A DNA stretch of 64,000 nt from Candidatus Bathyarchaeota archaeon (GCA_963720565.1 CAVRFW010000002.1:52011-116010); one strand, 5' to 3'; positions 1 through 10,341 are shown, counted from the stretch's first letter. Numbers and translations: made by a program. The notes: generated by a model from the letters alone, not told the origin.

Positions 1-295
1 ATTCTTGGGTTCTTACTATCTGCATTTATCATCAACGAATAGCAAGATTTACGATATAGTATATGAATCAAGTTTTCAAATCAACAGTATGCTTCAATAA
101 GGAACATGTCAAAAATCGATTAGGCTTGGAAATACAAGCTTTTCTCCCTTCAAAACACAGAAAAAAGAAATAGAAAGGACCGCCCCTGAATAATCGCCAA
201 ATCACTCTGCCCCGTTGCTACTGCTGTGTTCATAAATATTATAAGGAGCATTTCTCAAGCAGAGTAAAGAAGGTGATATTGAAATATTTGAACAG

Positions 296-1273
296 TTGGG
301 AGCAGTTGCCAACGCACTCATCTTACTTATTTCTATCCTTCTCTTGGTAATAGGCAGCGAGATAACGATAAGGAATTCAGTCAAAGTCTCGGATATAACA
401 GGTTTTGGAAAAACAACCGTTGGTTTTATCCTAGTAGGTTTCTCCACCTCTCTGCCTGAACTCAGTGTCGCCATCTTCGCAGTTGCAAATCCTGAAAACG
501 TCGGAGTCTCAATAGGAAACGTATTAGGCTCCAACATAGTAAATATCGCCTTGATTCTGGGCATATGCATTATCATAATGGTTGTAGGACACACTGACTT
601 CTCAGGTTACATCATAAACTTGGCCAAGGAGGAAATGGGAAACCTCCAATTCGGACTTTTCATCGCATCAATCATACCAGTCGCTTTGCTCTACATCGGA
701 TATGCAAGCCGATTCATTGGCGTAATCTTGGTCACCATCTTCGTTGTTTACATGATTCAATTGGCAAGAGCCAACAAAACATTGGCACCAAATCCCTCCT
801 CTTCTGATAGAAGCAAACTCCGAAACTACGCACTATTCGCACTGGTTGGCGCCACATTAGTAATTGCAACTGCATTCTTCATTGTTGAATCAGCCACTAC
901 CCTCGCTGTCAACGTCGGAATACCACCAGTCGTAATAGGCGCCACGATAATTGCTTTCGGAACAAGCATACCTGAATTAGCCACAAGCATCAGTTCCGCC
1001 CGCAAAGGCTTTTTTGATTTGGCGCTTGGCAACATTGTCGGCAGCGGTTTCATCAACATCACGCTAATCCTTGGTGTAGCCTTGATTGCCTCTCCGCTAA
1101 ACGTCAATATTGCTGCGTTCTCGAATTTGGCTCTATCGTCGCTTATTGTAAATCTGTTTCTATGGTATTTCTTGGGCAGCGGAAAAATAAGTTGGAGAGA
1201 AGGCGCATTATTCTTGGCTCTTTATGCCGCGTTTCTGGCAATAAGCTTCGGAGGCTACAATACTCAAGGGTAG
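296..1273 (+). CDS. Ca2+/Na+ antiporter, YrbG/CaCA family
   Basis: About 10 TM helices; two alpha-repeats (STSLPEL...GNVLGSNIVN and GTSIPEL...GNIVGSGFIN); AGGTGA RBS at 271-276. Confidence 0.9.
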   Translation: MGAVANALILLISILLLVIGSEITIRNSVKVSDITGFGKTTVGFILVGFSTSLPELSVAIFAVANPENVGVSIGNVLGSNIVNIALILGICIIIMVVGHTDFSGYIINLAKEEMGNLQFGLFIASIIPVALLYIGYASRFIGVILVTIFVVYMIQLARANKTLAPNPSSSDRSKLRNYALFALVGATLVIATAFFIVESATTLAVNVGIPPVVIGATIIAFGTSIPELATSISSARKGFFDLALGNIVGSGFINITLILGVALIASPLNVNIAAFSNLALSSLIVNLFLWYFLGSGKISWREGALFLALYAAFLAISFGGYNTQG

Positions 1274-1459
1274 CATCCCGCGCCTGTCCAACATTTCAAA
1301 ATATGACAAAAAGCCATAGTCCATGGAAAAACCCCCTTTTTAGCAACTAACCTATATATGCAGCATCTCACTAGCACAAAGACTGTTGGGATTCTTCTAG
1401 AAACAGTCAAACCTAGTCTGACAGGAATACTTTTTCAAGAAAGTTCTAGCAACCAAAAA

Positions 1460-2146
1460 ATGGAAAGGAAATATTTGAACCAAAAAAAACCAACAATAAT
1501 CGAGAATCTCGCTTTCCTCTCAGTAAAGCACAGAGTATACCTCGGAGAACTCTACAAGGCATTAGTTTCAGCCAGAATAACCAGCGAATCCTCCTGCGCA
1601 AACTTAACAGTCCAATATCGTGGCAGTGTTGACAAAGAAGCTATCTTCCTGATAACAGAATACGGTAAGATCGTTGTACAGTTTCGAGCACCTGAAGAAT
1701 TCCTCCAGAGGAAAAACATATGCTTTGAGTCTTGGATGAACACAGATACCGTACGCAAACAATTGTCCAGACAAGATTGTGGGTCGCACCTTTGTATCAT
1801 GGTTCAGGACCTGCGGCACGGTATGAAAAGAGTTAACGTAGAGGCCGAAGTGCTGGAACGCCCTGAAGCATCGTCGGTTCGAACACGTCACGGGAACAGC
1901 GCTACAGTAACCAACGTCTGGATAGCGGACGAAACGGGAAAAGTCAAACTCTGCCTCTGGAATGAGCAAGCAACCTCCTTCGCCGAAGGTGACACAATAC
2001 AGATTAAAAATGCCTCAGTATCAACGTTTAGAGGCGAGAGGCAACTGCGCCTAGGGAGAACCGGATCAATTAACGTACTGCAGGATCGGGCACATGCTCG
2101 TGCACCGAGTCAACAATCTGAACTCACTGCCAAGAACACAGTCTAA
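1460..2146 (+). CDS. Single-stranded DNA-binding OB-fold protein with an N-terminal extension
   Basis: C-terminal half VQDLRHGMKRVNVEAEV...IADETGKVKLCLWNEQ...IKNASVSTFRGERQLRLGRTG is an archaeal SSB/RPA OB fold; start placed at ATG 1460. Confidence 0.75.
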   Translation: MERKYLNQKKPTIIENLAFLSVKHRVYLGELYKALVSARITSESSCANLTVQYRGSVDKEAIFLITEYGKIVVQFRAPEEFLQRKNICFESWMNTDTVRKQLSRQDCGSHLCIMVQDLRHGMKRVNVEAEVLERPEASSVRTRHGNSATVTNVWIADETGKVKLCLWNEQATSFAEGDTIQIKNASVSTFRGERQLRLGRTGSINVLQDRAHARAPSQQSELTAKNTV

Positions 2147-2351
2147 AGCAAGCTGCCTTTCTTCAATTCTTGATAGAGCAGACTAGCGCGCCTAATACTG
2201 CAACATATCCACCCGTGTTCATGGAAACATCATCTAGGCTACGGAGACTAAATAGTCGAATTTAAAAGGAGTACGCGACATACATAGTCGTCGCTTTCTA
2301 GACAAGCAAGAAAACCAAAAAAATTAATCGGAAGTTGAGGGACTCTGAAAA

Positions 2352-2447
2352 TTGGCTCAATGTTCATGCGGCAAAAACGCTAACGTGTTCGAACGCGGCA
2401 AAACAGAATGCATCGACTGCTACCTACAACGAAAAAGAAAACTGTAA
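2352..2447 (+). CDS. 31-aa zinc-finger microprotein MAQCSCGKNANVFERGKTECIDCYLQRKRKL (not in ORF track)
   Basis: TTG start after GAGGGA RBS; CxC...CxxC motif; basic tail; TAA 2445-2447. Confidence 0.6.
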   Translation: MAQCSCGKNANVFERGKTECIDCYLQRKRKL

Positions 2448-2616
2448 ACGCGTATAGCCTTCAAAATAGGTCGCCTGGTTGACATTCGAGATAAGGCAAA
2501 GTTGAATATGTACAATACTCAACTCTAATCTAACGCGTTAAAATCTCCTTCTTTGTTCAAATTCACGCAATAGACTTAATAACGATGACGACATTTGAGG
2601 CGGAAGTGTTTCAACC

Positions 2617-2958
2617 ATGACAAAAAAAGTTCAAGGCAAAAACAGACTAATCGTGAAAACTACCAGAGCAAAGTCTCTTACAACTGTACCCTTCGAAAGC
2701 GGCTTTCAATTCTACACAGCCGTTGGAAGCTACACTGGAGTAACCGCTACTAATCTCAACGAGTTCGCCGCGATGCTACAAACTATTCCAGTAGAATCGA
2801 TAACTTTCCATTTTCAACGGAAAGACTTCCAACAATGGATAAAAGACACCTTTAATGAAACAAGGCTTGCCGAGCAAATGAACAACATAATGCAGGGATT
2901 ATCCGCTGAGGACTTGAGAAAAGAAATCCTCAGCATTGTCAAGACACGTGCAGTTTAG
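2617..2958 (+). CDS. DUF5752-like protein
   Basis: FQFYTAVGSYTGVTATNLNEF...ESITFHFQRKDFQQWI signature. Confidence 0.75.
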   Translation: MTKKVQGKNRLIVKTTRAKSLTTVPFESGFQFYTAVGSYTGVTATNLNEFAAMLQTIPVESITFHFQRKDFQQWIKDTFNETRLAEQMNNIMQGLSAEDLRKEILSIVKTRAV

Positions 2959-3146
2959 TTGAGAAGAAACCCTTTTTAAGTTAATAGGGTTGTAGCGCTT
3001 CTCTTGCAGCGTGGGATTTGATTGACCCCTTTTTCTAGGTGGAGAAGTCCCTTGCAAATCCCTTTTTTTGTGCAGTGCGCACTTGTCCAAAAAGCTCGAC
3101 CTTGCTTCATTCTTCAGGATGTCTGCAGTCTGCTGAACAAGAAAAA

Positions 3147-5181
3147 CTACCGCAACTGTTCTTCCATAGCTGGACATAGGACGAAAGCGGAGCGAGCGGG
3201 CAGATAGAGACTAAGCATATTTCGCCTTCGTGCCTCAGTATCGTTCACGAGAGTGAAGTGGACTTGCTCGGGTATCAGCCGACCGTGCCCCCCATACTTT
3301 GGGGCGTCACAGTCCAGAATCATCCAGTATTTTCCAGGAGGAGCCTCAAACCGATAATCAGTGAAGGATTTGTGAGGATTAAAGTTAAAGGCGAAAATCA
3401 AATCAGCCCTCTTGAAGATAATGACTTTGTCAACGAAGTTTTCATGCAGAAGCTGCGGGACTGACGATTCAAGGAGCCGCTTTGTCTTAGCCATTGCGAT
3501 CATGTCACGGTCAAACATGGATAGCAGATGATACTTCAGGTTGGGGTCATCTGCAAGATGCCATTGTCGACGTGCATGCTTGAAAGACCAGTTATTTCCT
3601 TCTCGGGGGAAATCTATCCAGTCCGGGTGACCGAACTCGTTGCCCATGAAATTCAGGTAACCATTGCTAGCCGTGGCCAGAGTTATCAAACGGATCATCT
3701 TGTGCAACGCCATTCCCCGCGACACCCTTGGGTTGTCGTCACCAATCTGCATGTGATGGTACATGTCTTCGCCAATCAGTCGAAAGATAAGTGTCTGATC
3801 TCCCACTAACGCTTGGTCGTGAGATTCAGCGTAACTAATAGTTTTCTCGTCTTTCCTAGAGTTTGTGAGTTCAAACCAAAGATCACCAGTGGGCCATGTC
3901 TCATCTTCATAATCCTTCGTTAAACGAATCCAGTAGTCAGGCACCCCCATTGCAAAGCGATAGTCAAAACCGAACCCGCCCTCATTCTGAGGAACCGCTA
4001 AACCCGGCATCCCGCTGACATCTTCGGCTATGGTAACGGCGTCTGGCTGAACACTGTGAATCACCCGGTTTGCCAGAGCCAAATAGGCCAATGCATCTTC
4101 ATCCACGCCGCCGTCAAAGTAATCCCTGTATGAAGTGAACACTCGACTGAGACCATGTTCGAGATAAAGCATACTAGTGACGCCGTCGAACCGAAAACCA
4201 TCAAATCGGAATTCATCTAGCCAATATCGACAGTTCGAAAGCAAAAAATGCAGAACCTCTGGCTTGTAATAATCGAAGCAGCGTGAATCCCAGGCCTTGT
4301 GTTTTCCACGCAGGACCTTCATGAAAATACTGATACAATGTCCCGTCGAAGCAACTTAATCCCTCAACCTCGTTGGACACGGAGTGAGAATGGACCAAAT
4401 CCATAAAAACGGCAAGTCCATGGCTGTGAGCTGTATCAATTAAGAGTTTCAAATCCTCCGGCGTTCCGTACCGCGATGAAGGAGCGAAAAAGTTTGACAC
4501 CTGATACCCAAATGAACCGTAGTAGGGATGTTCCTGAATGGCCATCAACTGCAACACGTTGTAACCTGCATCAACAATGCGCGGAAGCACCCCGAAAGTA
4601 AATTCACGAAAGGAACCAATCTTCTCTTCCTCCTGCGCCATACCAACGTGTGCTTCATAGATTAACGGGACTTCTTCAGGTCTTTTGAAACGAGTTTTCC
4701 AACGATAAGCCTTCGGAGGCAGCCACACTTGGGCATTGAAAATCAAAGTTTTCGGATCTTGCACAACCCGTCGAGCATAAGCAGGAATGCGATCCCCCTC
4801 ACCCCCCGACCAGCAAACACGAAGCCGATACAAGTCACCATGAGCCATTTTATCTGCAGCCAAGCGAATTTCCCAGACACCAGACCCGTTGATCTTTTCC
4901 AGCTCAAATTCTCTGCTAACCTGCCATTTGCTCATGTCCCCTATCAGATAAATCGCAGTAGCGTTTGGCGCCCATTCACGAAAAACCCATTCGCCGCGTT
5001 GGAAATGCAGACCAAAATATTCATGGCCAGACGCAAAATCTGCCAGAGTCATTCGCGACTGAGTGAGCCGCAGCTCTGTTTGTTCAATACGCTCCAACCG
5101 ATGTCGAATCTGACTCGAAAAAGGAGTTAAATACGAATCACTTTTCAGAAGGCGAGTCAATCGGCTCTCAAGGTCGCTCAT
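3147..5181 (-). CDS. glgB: 1,4-alpha-glucan branching enzyme, GH13 (split by +1 indel near 4312)
   Basis: EWAPNA, IYEAHVG, QLMAIQEH, FRFDGVTSM, AEDVSG, YAESHDQ motifs; the two ORFs join as HEG-PRGKHKAWDS. Confidence 0.92.
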
Positions 5182-5368
5182 CTACAATCCTTGTTTTGTT
5201 TTAATTTCCAAACAACTTAACCTTTTCTTTAAACTCAGGAAAAACCGAAATGCCCTGCTAGCTATAGAGCTCATGCTTGTTCCAAAAATGGCTTAAAATG
5301 GTTTAAAATCCGTCCAGGCGCGCTCACAAATAATTTGCTCGCGTTGTCGTTTCACTCGACAAAGCGCC

Positions 5369-6685
5369 TCATTTTTCTCCGAGCATTCGTATCGCGTTTG
5401 AAGCTGACAGGGCGGAGGTTTCCATGCTTGAGACCGACGGCTCTATGGCGTTGACATATATTAGCCGTTCATCCATGCGGGTCGGAGGCAACTTGGTTAC
5501 GGGTTTGAATATTGGGTAAGCGGCTTTCCAGCAGTGCTCTATAACAGGGACTTCTCCATTCTTGAAGATGCCGCCAAATATGTTGTGATCGAGGGGTTTT
5601 GGCGAGGAAACCGTTACCAGTGACTCTCCATCGCTTGATTTTTGGATGTTGTAGTGAGTTATTGGATCTGCGTCTTTCGTAGTCAATACAATAGATGGAA
5701 GCTCTGCAGCGTTTTTCAGACCAAAGTAGTCCGGGTCAAGAACGCCACGCATAACCCGCCTGTAAACGGCTCGATAAGGCTGAGGCTCCCAACCGTCCAT
5801 GGACAAGCCATCAAACTTTATGTCCGCAAGATCTAGAGGTGTTGCGATAATCACGCTTTCGAAAACCGTCATGCCTTCCTCAGTATACACCTTGTAATTT
5901 CCTTTGGGCGTCTTTTCTATCACTTCAACTTTTCGCCCCAGCTTAATCGCTGCATCAGATGCCTCTGCAAGATGAACTGGCAGAGTGTTGTTGCCATCAG
6001 CCAAACTGTATATTTCGCCGGAGTAGACTCCAATTAAGGACGAAATCCCTGCGAATCCTCCTAATTCCGCGTTCTGTGAATATATGATCCTTGTGATGGG
6101 GGCTACAATTTCATCGATGAATGCTTGGCTTACACCTCTCTCAATTAAGACTTCAGAAAAGGACTTTTTGTGCCATTCGTCCAGGCCTGCGGACTTAAGA
6201 AGTTCACTTATATCAGCAGGGTTCTCAAGTTCTTCTCGGTATAGTCTATCAACTTGTCTTTTTACTTTCCTTAGAAGAAGGAAAACTTTCCCCAAACTGA
6301 GTCTGTACTTTGCCACAAGCTTGAGGCTAGTGGCAAATTCCTGCTTGTTTGACCTAAAAACGAATTCTGAACCGTTCCACACTCCGAAATCCCTGCGCTC
6401 TTCGATGGCGGTGATCTTGAGCCTCTCAGCTTTCACAATGTCTAAAAGTGTCCTGTTGAAGCCATTGAAGAAGGCTGCTCCCAACTCAAGAGCTACCCCG
6501 GAGGATTTATGTGTCAGGATCCTGCCGCCTATTCTGTCCTGAGAATCATAGATAGTCACCTTTACGCCTGGAAGACGTTTGCGTGCAAAATATGCAGCAC
6601 AACAACCTCCAATACCCGCACCAACGACCGCCAAATTCTCCATCTGCATTCGAACATGTATGAGCACAGAATCAGATAAACCCAA
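5369..6685 (-). CDS. FAD-dependent oxidoreductase, prenylcysteine oxidase/lyase-like
   Basis: GAGIGG Rossmann motif; IGGR; ELGA; TRIIYSQ; VIIATPL; WKAAYP; YVNAIEPSVSSMETSALSASN; true start may be a downstream ATG (MQMENLAVVG). Confidence 0.8.
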   Translation of the reverse strand: MGLSDSVLIHVRMQMENLAVVGAGIGGCCAAYFARKRLPGVKVTIYDSQDRIGGRILTHKSSGVALELGAAFFNGFNRTLLDIVKAERLKITAIEERRDFGVWNGSEFVFRSNKQEFATSLKLVAKYRLSLGKVFLLLRKVKRQVDRLYREELENPADISELLKSAGLDEWHKKSFSEVLIERGVSQAFIDEIVAPITRIIYSQNAELGGFAGISSLIGVYSGEIYSLADGNNTLPVHLAEASDAAIKLGRKVEVIEKTPKGNYKVYTEEGMTVFESVIIATPLDLADIKFDGLSMDGWEPQPYRAVYRRVMRGVLDPDYFGLKNAAELPSIVLTTKDADPITHYNIQKSSDGESLVTVSSPKPLDHNIFGGIFKNGEVPVIEHCWKAAYPIFKPVTKLPPTRMDERLIYVNAIEPSVSSMETSALSASNAIRMLGEK

Positions 6686-6767
6686 GCGGCGTCTACCTAA
6701 ACTAGATGAATTGGAAAAAAGAAGCTCAATCTGAAAGCGAAGAATGAGGCTAAGGCACTGACGTGTC

Positions 6768-7253
6768 CTACTTTGTTTCCGTTAGTAGACTTTCGAAAAT
6801 GCGATGATGTTCCTCTTCATCGGACAAGATCCGCACAAAAAGTTTCTCTGTTATGTAGTCGTCTTCTTTCTTTGCTGTGGCTATTATTTGTTTGTAAAGA
6901 TTAATTGCGAACTCTTCTTCCGCCTTATCTATCTGCAGTATATCCGCAACAGTTTTCCCAAGAACGAGAGGAGACACTTTGGTGGGCGGTTCTCCTCCCA
7001 GGTTAGAAACTCTCTCTGCAATCGCTTCCGCATGCCGCATCTCGGTAATGGCTATCTTCTTCAGGGATTTCCCTGGAAGAAAAATGGACCTGTGACTGGC
7101 CACAAAGCCTGCGGCTTTCAAAATAGATGAGTCTCCCCCAATGTGGAGCGTGTGCTGCATCATGTACTGCATTGAAACCTTCATTTCTCTGCCTGTCGCG
7201 TCGATGAGCAAAGTCAACAACTCTCCCGAGATTTGCGTATTTTTTTTTGCCAT
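6768..7253 (-). CDS. Bacterioferritin/ferritin-like diiron protein
   Basis: Ferroxidase pattern RE(M)...EMRH...EE(FA)...EEEH. Confidence 0.85.
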   Translation of the reverse strand: MAKKNTQISGELLTLLIDATGREMKVSMQYMMQHTLHIGGDSSILKAAGFVASHRSIFLPGKSLKKIAITEMRHAEAIAERVSNLGGEPPTKVSPLVLGKTVADILQIDKAEEEFAINLYKQIIATAKKEDDYITEKLFVRILSDEEEHHRIFESLLTETK

Positions 7254-7422
7254 AAGAATCCCATTTGCTTATTTACTGCTAATTCAGTCGAGCATTTTAT
7301 TTAAAGTTACGTGACAACCGCGCTACTAGAACGTCATCATAAATTGCGATATCGGAGTTTGAGCAGGTAAGAATTAGGTGAGAGCGCCAGCGTCACCAAA
7401 ACCTTCATTTCTCACCCGAATC

Positions 7423-8223
7423 TTACTTGACGATAGCCTGAAGGGTTCTGGCGGTGTTTACCCAGATTTCGACTGTCTCAGAAGGAGGAGTCCGCCTAAC
7501 CAGGCGTCTCTCGCTGTTAACTTTTCTCAAAGTCTGAGAAAGATAGCGAGGATTTCTCGTTGAAAGATCAGAGACCGAGTTAACTCCTGCCGACTCTAGA
7601 AGTGTGGCGTATTTTCTTCCTACACCTCTCACTCTAAGCAAATCTCCACGATACACCCACCTAAGCAGCGTCGTGTAGGGCACACCAACCCGATCAGCTA
7701 ATTCTTGTCGCCTACGCTCCGTAGCACAGACTCTGAGCAAGTCATTGACCGAGTGTATTCCTGAAATTCTTAGCAAAGCACCATACGTCGGCCCAATACC
7801 GTCCACTATTTCAACGTCTTGTTCCAACCGGAGCTGACTTCCTGTCGTCACAACACTTGGCGGGTTCTTCATCGCTGCGGGAACCACCGTTAGTGCTGGA
7901 GGTATCGTCTCTGTGCGCGGATCAACAGGTTTCGCCTCAGGTGGAGGAGTTGATAAATTAGGAGACTTAGGCATAGGCGGAAGCGGTTCGCGATCTCCTG
8001 AGTAACGAACCACGCCGAAAACAGACGCGGCAATGATAGCCCATAACAGTCCGTTCAAGACACTGGTTACAAGAGAGGCGACAGAAAACCCAAAAATAAG
8101 ACCCATCACCTGGGGGAAACCAAAATACCTTAGAAGCAATTGGGCAGGAGGAAAACCAGGCAGCACTAAAGTAATCCCCACAAGAATCAAGAACGAAGCC
8201 ACAAACACTGCTGCAGTTTTCAT
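7423..8223 (-). CDS. Membrane-anchored DUF4332 (HhH-like) protein
   Basis: 2-3 N-terminal TM helices, Pro-rich linker, IVDGIGPTYG / DLLRVRGVGRKYATLLESAGV / LVRRTP. Confidence 0.8.
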   Translation of the reverse strand: MKTAAVFVASFLILVGITLVLPGFPPAQLLLRYFGFPQVMGLIFGFSVASLVTSVLNGLLWAIIAASVFGVVRYSGDREPLPPMPKSPNLSTPPPEAKPVDPRTETIPPALTVVPAAMKNPPSVVTTGSQLRLEQDVEIVDGIGPTYGALLRISGIHSVNDLLRVCATERRRQELADRVGVPYTTLLRWVYRGDLLRVRGVGRKYATLLESAGVNSVSDLSTRNPRYLSQTLRKVNSERRLVRRTPPSETVEIWVNTARTLQAIVK

Positions 8224-8362
8224 GCCTAGCAGATAGGCACCTCATCTTTCTTTACATTTATGAAGTTGAAGTCTTAATCAAGAATAACCCTCGCAGCTAA
8301 CGAAAACCGCTGTAACCTCCATTGAGAACCGTGCGATCCAGTCTTTCTCAACCTGCAACATG

Positions 8363-8602
8363 CTACACGCTATAGCTAAATTCCGGAATCTGCCTTCGTA
8401 GCTTAGGACCAGGTATTGTTCCTTCAAGCTTTTCACATTGACAGGTTTCGTTTTCTTCCTTCGTCTTACATTGCTCACAGAGCCCGGAAAGTGGTTTCGT
8501 GGAGATTTTCTGGTAGATGTATAGAGGGTATTGTGTGCAGTTCTCGCACCAGTGCCACTTGTCATAGTCGCTTCCCCTAACGTAGTCCACCAATTTGTTC
8601 AC
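8363..8602 (-). CDS. Small Cys-rich putative Zn-binding protein
   Basis: WHWCENCTQYP...LCEQC...CQC; purine-rich GAGAG RBS-like run directly before the GTG. Confidence 0.6.
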   Translation of the reverse strand: MNKLVDYVRGSDYDKWHWCENCTQYPLYIYQKISTKPLSGLCEQCKTKEENETCQCEKLEGTIPGPKLRRQIPEFSYSV

Positions 8603-8619
8603 CTCTCTCTAATGTTAAA

Positions 8620-8698
8620 GTGCGCGCGCGTCGGCACGCAAAGGTCGTTGAAGCCAGGATCGTGCAGGAGACAAGGGGGATTTTGAGCACGCGCGCAC
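8620..8698 (-). promoter_or_regulatory. Candidate structured 5' leader RNA of the 8363-8602 gene
   Basis: 11-bp closing stem 8688-8698/8620-8630 (one U-G on the minus strand), inner GCACG/CGTGC stem, TATA-like TTTATTAA at 8725-8732. Confidence 0.45.
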
Positions 8699-8968
8699 CA
8701 GTTTGGTATCTGCAATATTGAGTGTTAATAAATATTGTTGCTAACCAGTCCAACAGAAAAACAACTATCCCTCCAGAGCACACACACACGAGAACAATCG
8801 ATCTCCTATAAGCATACGTCAAAAAGACGCTAAGAGAACAAGAGGACAGATTCTGGCGGTCGCCAGGATGCAAAATTCGCGAAACGTCGTTTCTGCGCTA
8901 ATACATTTTAATGTGGGTAACGACAAAAAGGATGTATCCCAGCGCCTGCTGCCAAGGTTGGCTCCACA

Positions 8969-9622
8969 TTGGAATTTGAAAAAGAGTATTTCGACTACAA
9001 AAGGTACATGACCAGAGAGAAAGTAATCAAAAGTCACGTCTTAAAAGTGTTGGACTGGGCATCCAGAGTGATCGACATAAACCTCCTCAAAGGAACAAAC
9101 CGAACTGCCCTAGATGTAGGCTGCGCATGCGGGTATTCCTCCCAAGTGCTGTCACAGTTGGGATATCGAACCGTTGCAATTGACTTGTCAAAATGGGGGG
9201 TCCAGCAAGCGCAAAAAAATAAAAACGGAGACTTCGTGGTATGCGACGCCCAGGCAAACCTTCCCTTCAAAGAAGGAAGCTTCGACTTGGTAACCTGCTT
9301 TGACGTTCTAGAGCATCTTGAGTCTCCTGAGAGCGCACTAATGCAAATGCTCAGAATATGCGCCGGAGCCCTGGTCTGCACCACTCCTAACGGAACCGTT
9401 GAGAAATACGTGAAAAGAATAATCGGAGACTATGACGAAACACACATTAATAGCCGTTCGGCTCCCCACTGGAAAAGAAGCATTGTAAACATAGCGCATC
9501 CAAAAATAGTCAGAGTAGACACGTTTTTAGACTTCTCTGGGAAAATGGGGCAAAGATTCTTCCATAAGTCGTTTGAGCTGCCTAAACTCGGGTCAACAGT
9601 CCGAGTCGCAATTGCGAAATAA
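8969..9622 (+). CDS. Class I SAM-dependent methyltransferase
   Basis: ALDVGCACG motif I; SFDLVTCFDVLEHL; TTPN. Confidence 0.88.
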   Translation: MEFEKEYFDYKRYMTREKVIKSHVLKVLDWASRVIDINLLKGTNRTALDVGCACGYSSQVLSQLGYRTVAIDLSKWGVQQAQKNKNGDFVVCDAQANLPFKEGSFDLVTCFDVLEHLESPESALMQMLRICAGALVCTTPNGTVEKYVKRIIGDYDETHINSRSAPHWKRSIVNIAHPKIVRVDTFLDFSGKMGQRFFHKSFELPKLGSTVRVAIAK

Positions 9623-9983
9623 GCGCTTACACAATTGAGCTTATTTCCGCTGTCAAGAACCTACGTTTTCCTCGAATCAGAGGAGCAACCGCAATCAGGA
9701 ATAATCACGACACTATTGTTGTTGGAAGCGCCAGTCTTGCTTCTTCTTCTTTCACGTTAATGAAAGGTTTTTTTACAACGATAAGTCATGCAATTGGCAC
9801 TTTATGCTTTAACAGTCTTTTCAATGCTCTAAACGCTTTTCTTTCGGCACCTTCCTGGTGTGCGTTAATGCTTGAATTACAGGAAGCTAGTAATAGTCGA
9901 GCATCAATCACAAACCCTTAGCTTCCAGTCATTGGTTAGGTAAAAAGCCGAAGCGGAGTTGTTTTAGGATACAAACTAAATAG

Positions 9984-10341
9984 AACCAGTCCACAATCAT
10001 TCACGAATACATCTCCAAGTTACCCAAAGATGTTAGAGATATTCTAGAAGAACTGAGATGGGTGATCAAGAAAACAGCACCCAAAGCTGAAGAGACGATA
10101 AGATACGGGATACCTACATTTTCGCTCAACGGCAACCTGGTACGCGCGCTGGTACATTTCGCAGCTTTCTAAAACCACATTGGCTTCTACCCAACGCCCT
10201 CAGCGATCGCAGCTTTCAAAAAGGAATTGTCCCCTTCAAACAATCAAAATGCACAGTCCAGTTTCCATTAGACAAACCGATTCTACTTGAATTAGTGAGG
10301 AAATTGTGGAATTTGGGATGCAGCACAATACATCAAATTAG
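9984..10341 (+). pseudogene. Degraded DUF1801/YdhG-like gene
   Basis: Manual translation EYISKLPKDVRDILEELRWVIKKTAPKAEETIRYGIPTFSLNGNLV(RALV)HFAAF*NHIGFYPTPSAIAAFKKELS...VQFPLDKP; in-frame TAA 10170-10172, internal duplication, frameshifts, no start codon. Confidence 0.8.
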
